Of a stretch of DNA of 64,000 nt, positions 17,324-26,681 are shown one piece after another. The stretch is from Nitrospiraceae bacterium. Lineage in GTDB: Bacteria > Nitrospirota > Nitrospiria > Nitrospirales > Nitrospiraceae. The stretch covers positions 6,046 to 70,045 of the forward strand of contig JAENWB010000041.1 of NCBI GenBank assembly GCA_016650275.1, given 5' to 3'. The notes beneath the pieces were generated by a model. The model was not told the origin of the DNA. It did not search any database and worked only from the letters and a program-made list of their open reading frames with translations. Each line of letters starts with the position of its first letter. Position 1 is the first letter of the stretch. The position numbers and the translations under genes were made by a program.

Positions 17324-19158
17324 CCCTCTCCATCCGATGGAAGGTCACTATCGGAACCCTGCTGGTCCTCGCCTGTGGGCTTCTCATCGCCAGAGCCTTG
17401 GCGGTTCGCTCCCTTGATCAACAGGAGATCGTCCAATCGGGCCAGATACTGGAGGCCCGAACCAGTCTCGTCGCCTACGGGCTGCAGCCGTTTCTGACGC
17501 AATCAGGGCCTCTATCTTCGACCCCCCAATTACAGGCAGCCGTACGAGATCTCAGCTCGCGGGCCCTCGCACGCGTGACCATCATTGCTCCGGATGGACG
17601 GGTGTTGGCAGACAGCGCCGTCTCGGATAGCAACCTCGCTGCGGTTGAGAACCACCTGGCGCGACCGGAAATTCAGCGAGCCGTTGCCACCGGGCACGGA
17701 ACGGATCTCCGCACGAGTCACACCACCGGTGAACGCACGTTGTATCTGGCTGTCAGTCTGAGCAGGGCAAACCAGGCGATGCCCTCCGTCTTCCTGAGGC
17801 TGGGGTTGCCGATGACCACATTTGATCGTGAAGTGGCCAAGCTGCACCGAGACTTGGCCCTCGCCTTCGGAATTGCATTCTTGATTGCCGTCGTACTGAG
17901 TGTGTGGCTCGCTCACAGCATCACAAAACCCCTGTCCGATATTGCGATCGCTGCGCAGCAGCTGGCGAAAGGTGACCATGCGGTCCGCCTTCGGACCGGA
18001 TCACGGGATGAAGTCGGCTTCTTAGCCGACACGCTCAATCACATGACGGACCAACTGAGAACCAAGATCGATGAACTCTCCGAAGATCGGTCCCAGCTCA
18101 TGGCCATGCTGACCTCGATGGTCGAAGGCGTGATGGTCCTGGACTGCCGGGGTCACGTGCTGCAAGTCAACCCAGCATTGGAACGGATGTTCGACGTCAC
18201 CAGAATGGAAGTACGGGGACACCCCTGCTCTGATGTCTTCCGGCATCCGCAGTTGGATAAGTTAGTCTCAACGGTCCTGGCGAAACGAATGAACGAAGAA
18301 GATGAAATTCTCCTGCACCCGAGTGGTCGCTCCCTCCATATCGAAGCCTCGGTCACTGCATGCGATCGAGAGAACGAAGCCTGCGCGGTGCTTGTCTTTC
18401 ACGACGTGACAGAATTACGCCGCCTGGAAATTATCCGGAAAGATTTCGTCGCCAACGTGTCCCACGAGCTGAGGACCCCGCTCACGTCGATCAAGGGGTA
18501 TATCGAAGCCTTGCTCGATGGCGCCAAAGACGATCCTGAGACCAGTACAAAATTTCTCGACATCATTCTTAAGCAAAGCGACCGGCTGAACCTGATTCTG
18601 GAAGACCTCCTCCAGTTGTCAAAGATCGAATCCGGACAGGTCCTGTTCAAGCGAGAGCCGCTTCATATCCAGAGTGTCATCGAACGAACGCTGGCCATGA
18701 TCAAGCCCTTAGCAGACAAGAAGGGGCACCGGCTCGTCTCCTTCGTGGAGGACAATCTGCCTGCTGTGATCGGCGATGAAGACCGGCTAATACAAGTGCT
18801 TTCCAACTTGCTCGATAACGCCGTCAAATACACCCCCGAGAAAGGGACCATTACCGTGGCAGCCCACCCGGTTTCGGACGATGCAGAACAGCCCGCGATG
18901 CCCACAGCTGTGGAACTGAGCGTCACCGATACCGGCCTCGGAATTCCTGAAGGGGATCGCCCGCGCGTATTCGAACGATTCTATCGAGTCGATAAAGCCC
19001 GCTCGCGTGAGTTAGGTGGAACAGGACTCGGACTGGCGATCGTCAGGCATATCGTCGAGGGTCTAGGCGGGCGGGTGTGGGTCGAAGCGAATGCCCCGAC
19101 CGGCAGCCGTTTTGTCGTCCGGCTACCCATCCAACAGATCAGTCCACCAGCGGGCTAA
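17320..19158 (+). CDS. PhoR-like sensor histidine kinase (TM-sensor-HAMP-PAS-HisKA-HATPase)
   Basis: 612 aa with H-box FVANVSHELRTPLTSIKGY and G-boxes DTGLGIP and GGTGLGLAIV. Overlaps the regulator gene by 4 nt. Confidence 0.9.
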   Translation: MTLSIRWKVTIGTLLVLACGLLIARALAVRSLDQQEIVQSGQILEARTSLVAYGLQPFLTQSGPLSSTPQLQAAVRDLSSRALARVTIIAPDGRVLADSAVSDSNLAAVENHLARPEIQRAVATGHGTDLRTSHTTGERTLYLAVSLSRANQAMPSVFLRLGLPMTTFDREVAKLHRDLALAFGIAFLIAVVLSVWLAHSITKPLSDIAIAAQQLAKGDHAVRLRTGSRDEVGFLADTLNHMTDQLRTKIDELSEDRSQLMAMLTSMVEGVMVLDCRGHVLQVNPALERMFDVTRMEVRGHPCSDVFRHPQLDKLVSTVLAKRMNEEDEILLHPSGRSLHIEASVTACDRENEACAVLVFHDVTELRRLEIIRKDFVANVSHELRTPLTSIKGYIEALLDGAKDDPETSTKFLDIILKQSDRLNLILEDLLQLSKIESGQVLFKREPLHIQSVIERTLAMIKPLADKKGHRLVSFVEDNLPAVIGDEDRLIQVLSNLLDNAVKYTPEKGTITVAAHPVSDDAEQPAMPTAVELSVTDTGLGIPEGDRPRVFERFYRVDKARSRELGGTGLGLAIVRHIVEGLGGRVWVEANAPTGSRFVVRLPIQQISPPAG

Positions 19159-20147
19159 AACACTTTCATCACAAGCAGATAGATGAGCGACGCGAGGAGA
19201 GCGGCGCCAGGAAGTGTGAAGATCCAGGCGTACAGAATTCTCGTGGTAACGCCCCAGCGCACCGCCGAAAATCGTTTGATCGCGCCGACCCCCATGACCG
19301 ACGTCGTGATGGTCTGCGTGGTGCTCACCGGCAGACCAATGTACGCCGTCACGAGCAGCACTGCCGCGGCACCGGTCTCCGCAGCAAACCCATGCACCGG
19401 TTCCAGCTTGACGATGCCCATTCCCAGCGTACGGACGATCTGCCAGCCGCCCACGGCCGTTCCCAATCCCATCGCCACCGCACAGGCGCCGATCACCCAG
19501 CCCGGCACCTCACTCGATGGAATCTGCCCCGCAGAAAGCAACGCCAACGTAATAATCCCCATGGCCTTCTGCGCATCGTTGGCACCGTGACTGAACGCCA
19601 TGAAACAGGCGGATATGAGCTGCAACCGTTTGAACAGTCGAGTGGCCACGCTCCGGGTCACACGAAAACAGACCCAGCTGATCAACACCATCAATGAAAG
19701 CCCGATAGCGAAGCCAAAGAACGGTGCAAGCACCATGGCTTCCATCACCGGGCGAAGCCCTGACCACTTCACCGTGGCCCACCCTCCATGGGTCACTGAA
19801 GCCCCGACCAGTGCGCCGATCAAGGCGTGAGACGAGCTGGTCGGCAATCCCAACAACAGCGTGAAGAGATTCCACAAGATCGCACCAGCCAAGGCCGCCG
19901 CAACCATTTCTTGGGTGACAAAAGCCGGATTGACAATTCCCGACCCCACCATTTTAGCCACGGCAGTGGACATGAACGCCCCGGCCACATTAAGGACGCC
20001 AGCCGCCATAACCGCCACAAGCGGGCTCACGACTCGCGTGGAGACCACGGTCGCAATAGCGTTGGCACTGTCATGCCACCCGTTCGAAAAGTCGAACAAG
20101 AGCGCCAACACAACTACGATGAGCAGTATTCCGGTCAGGTCAGGCAT
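19155..20147 (-). CDS. pit: Inorganic phosphate transporter, PiT (PHO4) family
   Basis: 330 aa, polytopic, with PHO4 motifs (GWHDSANAIAT, GANDAQKAMG). Confidence 0.9.
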   Translation of the reverse strand: MPDLTGILLIVVVLALLFDFSNGWHDSANAIATVVSTRVVSPLVAVMAAGVLNVAGAFMSTAVAKMVGSGIVNPAFVTQEMVAAALAGAILWNLFTLLLGLPTSSSHALIGALVGASVTHGGWATVKWSGLRPVMEAMVLAPFFGFAIGLSLMVLISWVCFRVTRSVATRLFKRLQLISACFMAFSHGANDAQKAMGIITLALLSAGQIPSSEVPGWVIGACAVAMGLGTAVGGWQIVRTLGMGIVKLEPVHGFAAETGAAAVLLVTAYIGLPVSTTQTITTSVMGVGAIKRFSAVRWGVTTRILYAWIFTLPGAALLASLIYLLVMKVF

Positions 20148-20157
20148 CTTAGACTCG

Positions 20158-20264
20158 TGAGGGGTAAGGGGATAAGGGGTGAGGAATCGACGGGGGAGAG
20201 AAGATGACGAGCCGGCCTCTTCGCATAGCTGTGATTTCTTACGCCTTGCGTTTCACGCCTCACG
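20158..20264. repeat. Two heptamer arrays in the DUF47-pit spacer (GGGGTAA-type at 20158-20184; CGTGAGG-type read on the minus strand at 20231-20264)
   Basis: Read directly. Minus-strand reading of the second array: CGTGAGG CGTGAAA CGCAAGG CGTAAGA AATCACA. Confidence 0.6.
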
Positions 20265-20269
20265 AGTTG

Positions 20270-20890
20270 TCAATGGTGCTTGAGCGTGATCCGCTCAAGA
20301 ATGTTCGCGACGTCTTCACACCGGTCGGTTCCCGCTTCGAAGTTCTCGTAAATTTCTTTCCACTTGAGCACCGCAATCGGGTTGGTTTCATTTTCAAAGA
20401 GGGCGGAAATCGCATCGCGGGAGACTCGGTCGGCCTCGTTCTCCAGGCTATTCACCTGCACACTGCATTTCTTCATCTCCGGATGCGGAAGCCCCAGGAG
20501 GTCCACACCTCGCCCCACGGCCAATGAGGCCTGGTAAAGAATGTCGGCTAGCTTGATCGCCATCTCGGTCGGCTTCGTCACCCTGTATAACACGAAGCGG
20601 TCGGCGATCGCCTCCGTGGTATCCAGAATATCATCGAGGGCGCTGGCGAGGTCATGGATGTCTTCCCGATCGATCGGCGTAATAAAGGTCTTGTTCAATC
20701 GACGTGCAATGTCGTGTGTAAGGCCATCTCCGACATGCTCAACGTCTTTGATCCCCTGGGCTTGTTCAATGGGAGACCGGAAATCCTCCATCATCACCTT
20801 CAGGAGACGGCTCCCCTCAATCATGTTATGCGCGGCCTCTTTGAACAGCTCAAAAAAAGCTTCTTCACGAGGGATCAACCCGAACAGCAT
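20270..20890 (-). CDS. DUF47/PhoU-like Pit accessory protein
   Basis: 206 aa with a TIGR00153-like N-terminus (MLFGLIPREEAFFELF). Located directly upstream of pit, as in other bacteria. Confidence 0.8.
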   Translation of the reverse strand: MLFGLIPREEAFFELFKEAAHNMIEGSRLLKVMMEDFRSPIEQAQGIKDVEHVGDGLTHDIARRLNKTFITPIDREDIHDLASALDDILDTTEAIADRFVLYRVTKPTEMAIKLADILYQASLAVGRGVDLLGLPHPEMKKCSVQVNSLENEADRVSRDAISALFENETNPIAVLKWKEIYENFEAGTDRCEDVANILERITLKHH

Positions 20891-20980
20891 CGCGACGCTC
20901 CTCCGCTCAACAATAACCGCATGATTTCACCGTCAACTTACGCCACAATTACAGGTAAATGACAAATCTGTAAAGAAACG

Positions 20981-21973
20981 CTACCACCGAACCAACCCAG
21001 TCGCCCACGTCACGCCACCGCCAAAACTGCCCAGCAAGACGATGTCATGGGGCAGAATCCTACCCGAACGGACTGAATGGTCGAGCGCGATCGGCAAGGA
21101 CGCCGACGACGTATTGCCGTAGCGTCCGATCACGGAACAGACCCGTTCCGGCGAGACCCCAAGCCGCTTCGTGAGCTGGTCGAGAATCCGCCCGTTGGCT
21201 TGGTGCAATACCAGCTGCGCAATATCGTGTATATCGACACCGAACTCTTTCACGATCTCGCGGATGGCCTGGTCCAATCGCTTAACCGCCAGCCGAAAGA
21301 GCGGCGCCCCTTGCATCCGCAACGTATGGTTCTTTGCCTCGACCGTCCCCGACGTCGTCGGCCGGCGCGATCCGCCTGCGGGAATCGTGATCAAGCCATG
21401 CTGGGAACCGTCCGCGTGGAGACGGAGCCCCAAGAGTCCCCGGCTCAGCTGACCTGCCTCAGGCTCTCCCCGCAACACAACCGCACCGGCCCCATCGCCG
21501 AATAAGAGAGCGGTATCGCCGTCGACGGGATCGATGGAACGAGACTTCACTTCCGCGGCCACTACCAAACACGTCTTGACCTGCCCGCTCCGAATCATGG
21601 CATCGGCCATCGAGAGTCCATAGAGAAAGCCCGAACAGGAAGCCGACACGTCGAATGCCGGTATCGTAGAACTACCAAGCTTACGCTGAACATGGCAGGC
21701 GGTGGAGGGGAAAACCGTATCGGGAGAGGTCGTCGAAAGCAGAATTGCCCCCAGCTCAGAAACCGGGAGTCCGGCAGCCTCAAGCGCCGGCCTAGCTGCT
21801 TCCACCGCTAGATCAGAAGACGCTTGGGATGCAGCAGCTCTGCGTCGCTCCTGGATTCCTGTCAAGCCAAAGATGGCCGCCGGCTCGATGCCCAACGAAG
21901 CTCCCACCTCGCGATTCGACACCACCCGCTCAGGGAGGTACGAGCCCGTTCCTATAATCCTCGTCCGTATCAT
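20981..21973 (-). CDS. fabH: 3-oxoacyl-ACP synthase III
   Basis: Start moved to MIRTRIIGTGSYLPERV (ATG 21973) because the track's N-terminal extension reads through the repeat at 22019. Active-site context SASCSGF and a GGGVTWA C-terminus. Confidence 0.9.
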   Translation of the reverse strand: MIRTRIIGTGSYLPERVVSNREVGASLGIEPAAIFGLTGIQERRRAAASQASSDLAVEAARPALEAAGLPVSELGAILLSTTSPDTVFPSTACHVQRKLGSSTIPAFDVSASCSGFLYGLSMADAMIRSGQVKTCLVVAAEVKSRSIDPVDGDTALLFGDGAGAVVLRGEPEAGQLSRGLLGLRLHADGSQHGLITIPAGGSRRPTTSGTVEAKNHTLRMQGAPLFRLAVKRLDQAIREIVKEFGVDIHDIAQLVLHQANGRILDQLTKRLGVSPERVCSVIGRYGNTSSASLPIALDHSVRSGRILPHDIVLLGSFGGGVTWATGLVRW

Positions 21974-22018
21974 ATGTCTGAGTAGGATATGGTTTACTGC
22001 ACGATCGGCGGGATTATA

Positions 22019-22222
22019 GCAGGATGCTGAAAAAGTCCGCCAGCCTGTCTTGTTCATTTAGTCTGTTTGGTCTGTCTCGTCTATTTGGTTGGGCCAGACT
22101 AACCAGATAGACCAGATCAACCAGAGAGACCAGATGGACCAGATACCCATACAGACCGGCTTAGTCCACACGTGCCGGCCATCGAAGCTCTGCCATGCCG
22201 AAATGGTACTTCCCGCAGCCTG
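22019..22222 (+). repeat. Composite repeat, variant 1 (second copy): 5' word, 9-nt-repeat hairpin (22046-22156), conserved tail (22157-22222)
   Basis: GCAGGATGCTGAAAAAGTCCGCCAGC followed by arrays (right arm AACCAGATA GACCAGATC AACCAGAGA GACCAGATG GACCAGATA). The tail aligns to 16542-16607. Confidence 0.8.
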
Positions 22223-22302
22223 ACAGATCTCGGCTCTACAGGGGTCAACTGACGGAATCGGAACCTTGCATTCAGCCTGGACTCCTGCTACATTTTTGAG
22301 TA

Positions 22303-23238
22303 GTGATGGTACGTTCCTTTCCCCACTTGACTGCTGCGCCTCGACTTACGGCGGCCTTCGGCCTCTGTGTGGCAGTATTCTGTGTCATCACCGCCTGCTC
22401 CAGCACACCCAAGAATCAAGGTACAGCGAAGAAAGCCCTGAGCGGCACGGACGAACAGATTTTCTTGGGTGATACGATCAAAAAGAACTACGACCCCAAC
22501 GTCATCATGAAGCGAGGAGAGGCGTTCTTCGAGAAAGAGGAGTATACGGAGGCCATCGTCGAGTATAACCATTTCCTCGATCTCCATGGCACCCACACCC
22601 TCGCCTCCTATGCGGCGTTCCGAATCGGGGAAAGCCAGATGAAACTGACCAAGGGAATCCAGCGTGATCCTGGCCCCATTCAGAAAGCCCTCGAAGCCTT
22701 TGAACGGCTACGGAAAGATTTTCAGGGAAGCCGGTACGACGGCCCAGCGCTCCAGAAGATCCAAGAATGTCACGACCTTTTGGCGCAGACGCATCTCTTC
22801 GTGGGGGAATTCTATTATCGGCGAGGCTCCTATCTGGCCGCCGCACATCGCTTCGAACAAATCATGAAACTGTATCCCGACAAGTCGGTTGCGCCCGATG
22901 CCCTGTACTTTCTAGCCCTCAGCTACCACGACCTGGGTGCGGACGATTGGGCCAGCGAACAGCTGACGCTGTTGGCAGAAAAATATCCGGACAGTGCGCA
23001 TTCCAGCGAGGGAAGAAGCCTGCTCGCGAAAATTGGAGGGGGGGGACCTGCGACGTTACTGGCAAAAAATGCCGAACCCGTGTCCTCCTCTAGTTCACCG
23101 ACTGCACCCCCATCGGGAAATCAGCCGGCTCTTGCCGCTGGGCTGATCCCCTCTTTCCCGGCTGGATCGTTCCGCCTCTCTTCCGCCACGGCATTGAGCC
23201 AGTCTTTTGTAAGCTGCCGCCTCGGCGCCTGGTGTTGA
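22303..23238 (+). CDS. BamD/YfiO-like TPR outer-membrane lipoprotein with a Pro/Ser-rich C-terminal tail
   Basis: 311 aa with a lipobox (VITAC) and BamD-like TPR region (AEFYYRRGSYLAAAHRFEQI). Confidence 0.65.
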   Translation: MMVRSFPHLTAAPRLTAAFGLCVAVFCVITACSSTPKNQGTAKKALSGTDEQIFLGDTIKKNYDPNVIMKRGEAFFEKEEYTEAIVEYNHFLDLHGTHTLASYAAFRIGESQMKLTKGIQRDPGPIQKALEAFERLRKDFQGSRYDGPALQKIQECHDLLAQTHLFVGEFYYRRGSYLAAAHRFEQIMKLYPDKSVAPDALYFLALSYHDLGADDWASEQLTLLAEKYPDSAHSSEGRSLLAKIGGGGPATLLAKNAEPVSSSSSPTAPPSGNQPALAAGLIPSFPAGSFRLSSATALSQSFVSCRLGAWC

Positions 23239-23538
23239 AAAAATAGCCGAGAAACCATCCGCTCTCAGGTTTTCAGCAGAAACTCGCACTGCAACAACTT
23301 CAGCACGGTCTAAGGAGCCTGTCCGACATTGACCGTTCTACTGCGGCGAACGATCCGCAACCATCTGCGTCGTACTCGGCCCGAAAACATCCTCAATGTA
23401 TTCCAGCGAATACACCTCCGTTTTTTCCGGGCCTGCGGCCTCGCATCTGGCCGCACCTCCTTCGTCTCGTCACGAACGACAATGTCAGACAGGCTCCTGG
23501 CCTTTGCTGAAAGCTGATCGCTGAAGGCTATTTTGAAC

Positions 23539-24741
23539 TCAACGGAGCGAAACGGCTTCGAGAAGCAGTTCCTTGAAGGAAGACTTGATCACACTCTTCA
23601 CGCGAGCTAAGAACGTTTGATAGGTCTCACACCCGCGGAGTACGTCATAGTAGAGCATAACGATGTGTTGATAGCGGGGCAGGAGGCGGTGGCAGAGACG
23701 CGGATACGAATAGACGATGCTCGCCAAGCGGGCCGCCACCCGAAATTCCTCATAGATCTCCCGCCGGACGGCCTCTTCGTAATCGCCCAGTGACCGTCGA
23801 CGATCATGGACTTGGTTCAAAATCGATTCTGCAGCCAACTGCCCGGACCTAATCGCGTAATAGATGCCTTCGCCGAACAAGGGATCGACAAGGTGCCCGG
23901 CGTCTCCCACCAGCAAGGCGCGGCCACTCACCAATCCGACTGACTCCCGATTGGCCACGCTGTGCTCACTGAAGAGCGGAAGTGGATGGCCGATCGGCTG
24001 CGGTACCTGCCATGGTGCCAGTCCTTTCTCATCCCGCACGAAACGATCGAAAATCTTCTTCGGGCTCGCGAGGCCTCCGCGAAGATCCCCCACGCCGATC
24101 GAGAGCCGTTCCTGCTTCGGAAAAATCCAGGCATAGCCTGCGGGCGTTGCGCCGATATCGATGAGCGCACGGCCGGTGCCGGGATAATGAGGGGCAAGCC
24201 CGATCGGGATTTCGCTCTCCAGGGTCGCCATCCGACGGCTCCGGCGTCCCGGGAACAACTGCTTTGCCACCAGGCTGTTCGCCCCATCCGCCCCGATCAG
24301 AACCTTGGCCAGATACCGGCCCCGATCCGTTGTCACTTCGATGCCGTCGGGAAGCTGCAGATAGGACGTCGCCAACTCCCCTTCATGCACCTCGGTGCCC
24401 ACTCTCCTCGCTTTCTCCACAAGAAAATGGTCAAACCGATCGCGCATGACCATGTAGGCTATCGGGCTGGAGGAATCAAGAAAGAAGGGATCCGCACCAC
24501 GGAAGGAAAACTGTATGCCATAGATTGTATGTTCAACAACCGACTTGTAATCGTCTTCTAAAATACGGTCGATACGGGCGGACAATCCGCCGCCGCAGAC
24601 TTTATAACGAGGATGAGCTTGCTTCTCGATGGCGAGAACGGACAGACCGGCACGGCTCAACTCGTAGGCCGCGGTGGCTCCAGCCGGCCCCATACCGACC
24701 ACGAGCGTGTCATACACTTTCACGTCTGGAAGTATGAGCAT
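23539..24741 (-). CDS. Geranylgeranyl reductase family FAD-dependent oxidoreductase
   Basis: 400 aa with the dinucleotide fold VVGMGPAGATAA and GGR-type KVCGGG and LVGDAG motifs. Confidence 0.8.
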   Translation of the reverse strand: MLILPDVKVYDTLVVGMGPAGATAAYELSRAGLSVLAIEKQAHPRYKVCGGGLSARIDRILEDDYKSVVEHTIYGIQFSFRGADPFFLDSSSPIAYMVMRDRFDHFLVEKARRVGTEVHEGELATSYLQLPDGIEVTTDRGRYLAKVLIGADGANSLVAKQLFPGRRSRRMATLESEIPIGLAPHYPGTGRALIDIGATPAGYAWIFPKQERLSIGVGDLRGGLASPKKIFDRFVRDEKGLAPWQVPQPIGHPLPLFSEHSVANRESVGLVSGRALLVGDAGHLVDPLFGEGIYYAIRSGQLAAESILNQVHDRRRSLGDYEEAVRREIYEEFRVAARLASIVYSYPRLCHRLLPRYQHIVMLYYDVLRGCETYQTFLARVKSVIKSSFKELLLEAVSLR

Positions 24742-24755
24742 GGCGCCGGCTTCGC

Positions 24756-24798
24756 TTATGAGTTCTGAAGTTATGAGTGCTGAGTTATAAGTTAGACC
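24756..24798. repeat. Degenerate heptamer array (TTATGAG TTCTGAAG TTATGAG TGCTGAG TTATAAG TTAGACC)
   Basis: Read directly in the spacer between the ccdA stop and the reductase start. Confidence 0.6.
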
Positions 24799-24852
24799 AC
24801 AGAGGTGGAGCGAAACGGTTCTAACTCAGAACTTGGGCAGTACCGCCCTGCG

Positions 24853-25599
24853 TCACTGCCCAAGATACCAGCCAATCCCATACCGCTCCAAGAAACCGGT
24901 GATCATCGTGAGGGTGTTGGCGTAAATCATGACGCCCACGACGATCAGCAACACCCCGCTCACAGTGGAGACGCCCCACAAATACAGACGCGCCTTTTTG
25001 AAATAGGTGAGGAACCGATCCACTCCAAGCGCCGTGAGAAACAACGGCAACCCCAATCCCAACGAATAGCTCGTCAGCAACAGCACGCCGTTCAGCATCG
25101 AATCGGTGGTGCTGGCATACAACAATATGGTCCCGAGCACCGGTCCGACGCAAGGAGTCCACCCAGCGGCAAATGCTACGCCGATCAAGACCGATCCCAC
25201 ATACCCTACCGGTCGATTTCTGAATTGGAATCGGTGCTCCATTTTCAGAAAACTGATATTCAAGATCCCCAATAAATAGAGGCCAAAGATGACGATCAGG
25301 ATCCCGCCGATCCGTCGGATGTAATCTTGATAGGTAATGAACGCCTGCCCGATGAAGCTGGCCGACGCGCCGAAAGACACAAATACGGCTGAAAATCCGG
25401 CGATAAACAACAGGGCGTTGACGACAATGGTTTTCTTGAACTTCGACCGCACCGTCGAGTCGGTGAGTTGTTCGATGGACAACCCGGTGATGTACGAAAT
25501 GTAGGAGGGAACCAGCGGGAGCACGCAGGGCGAGACGAACGACAGCAATCCAGCCGAAAAGGCCGCCAAGAGAGAGATATTCGTGATCGATTGCGACAT
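24853..25599 (-). CDS. ccdA: Cytochrome c biogenesis thiol-reductant transporter CcdA (DsbD transmembrane family)
   Basis: 248 aa, polytopic, with the conserved Cys contexts SPCVLPLVP and GWTPCVGP. Confidence 0.85.
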   Translation of the reverse strand: MSQSITNISLLAAFSAGLLSFVSPCVLPLVPSYISYITGLSIEQLTDSTVRSKFKKTIVVNALLFIAGFSAVFVSFGASASFIGQAFITYQDYIRRIGGILIVIFGLYLLGILNISFLKMEHRFQFRNRPVGYVGSVLIGVAFAAGWTPCVGPVLGTILLYASTTDSMLNGVLLLTSYSLGLGLPLFLTALGVDRFLTYFKKARLYLWGVSTVSGVLLIVVGVMIYANTLTMITGFLERYGIGWYLGQ

Positions 25600-25602
25600 G
25601 GA

Positions 25603-26142
25603 CTAAGATTTCATCAGCATCTGCACAAGCTGCTGCGCTTCGGAAGCTCCCCAGTCACGCGCGCCGAAAATCTGATGGCGGACAACCCCCTGTCGATCGA
25701 CCATGAACGTCATCGGAAGGCTCCGAGCTCCATAGGTCAATCCTACTCGATAGTCGGCATCGTGGAGAATGGGAAACGTCAAGTGGTTCTCTTGCTGAAA
25801 CGGTCTGGTGACCGCCACACCTTGTGCGTCGGTAGACACGGCGAGAATCTCAAAATCTTTCCGCGAAAATGTCCGGTAGAGCTCTTCCATCGCCGGCATC
25901 TCCACCCGGCAGGGACCGCACCAGGTGGCCCAAAAATTCAGCAGCACCACTTTGCCACGCAAGTCCGAAAGCGTCACGAGACGGCCTTGCAAATCCCGGA
26001 GCTGGAAGTTCGGCGCCGGCTCACCCAGCTTGACGGCGTTAGGTCTAGCGACCGGCAGCATATCCGGCGCCGCAGCACCGCCCAAGCCTCCAACCGTGGA
26101 CATCAGACAGAGGACCGTTCCAGCAATCGCGAGCCTCATCAC
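25603..26142 (-). CDS. TlpA/ResA-like periplasmic thiol:disulfide oxidoreductase
   Basis: 179 aa with a signal/anchor and the thioredoxin motif WATWCGPC. Confidence 0.85.
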   Translation of the reverse strand: MMRLAIAGTVLCLMSTVGGLGGAAAPDMLPVARPNAVKLGEPAPNFQLRDLQGRLVTLSDLRGKVVLLNFWATWCGPCRVEMPAMEELYRTFSRKDFEILAVSTDAQGVAVTRPFQQENHLTFPILHDADYRVGLTYGARSLPMTFMVDRQGVVRHQIFGARDWGASEAQQLVQMLMKS

Positions 26143-26364
26143 CTACTTCGCTCCGTGATCCGATTGCTGAGCGTCCGCCACCTTGGGCGTGACATGGCAC
26201 ACTTCCATCGGCGTCATTGCCCCATAGCAGGACTTGCATCGGATCGTTTCAAAGTCCAGAAGTACCACCTTTCCTCGAAATTCCAAGACCTGCTGGGATT
26301 TGCCGTTCAGATTCGGTGAGGGCAGAGTCCTGCGCTGTCTTTCCCGCAACCACACGATCAGCAA
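26143..26364 (-). pseudogene. Truncated TlpA-like fragment (N-terminal anchor plus CxxC region only)
   Basis: 73-codon ORF from a TTG start. LEFRGKVVLLDFETIRCKSC parallels LSDLRGKVVLLNFWATWCGPC of the downstream gene, but the ORF stops about 30 aa after the CxxC, too short for a thioredoxin fold. Confidence 0.4.
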
Positions 26365-26681
26365 CCAGATTTCCTTGAGATCCCAGATCCAATAACCACC
26401 CCGGAAATAATTGGCATCCTCGCCCCGAGAATGTTACCGCAGGCCAGTAGGGGGAATCCGACCGTGATCGCGTTGTAGCTTAACTCGTCAATAGAGGCGA
26501 GAACCGCAGAACCTGTTTATCTTACAAGCGCCTGAAAATCGGTGTCAAGCAAGCCGGTGCATCAGCACCCCTGACGCACCCCCTACCTTCAAAGGAATGG
26601 ACAACATAGGACCCAATCAGCTACTATCCCACGGATTCAGCCTTTTGTCCGATTACCGATCACCTGAACCCAGAGGGGCTA

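Noticed and set aside
26365-26681. SAM riboswitch upstream of metK
   Set aside because: I could not find the conserved SAM-I core (GAGGGA…GCCC…GCAACC), or SAM-II/V-type AAAGC/pseudoknot signatures, by reading either strand. This needs an Rfam scan to be definitive.
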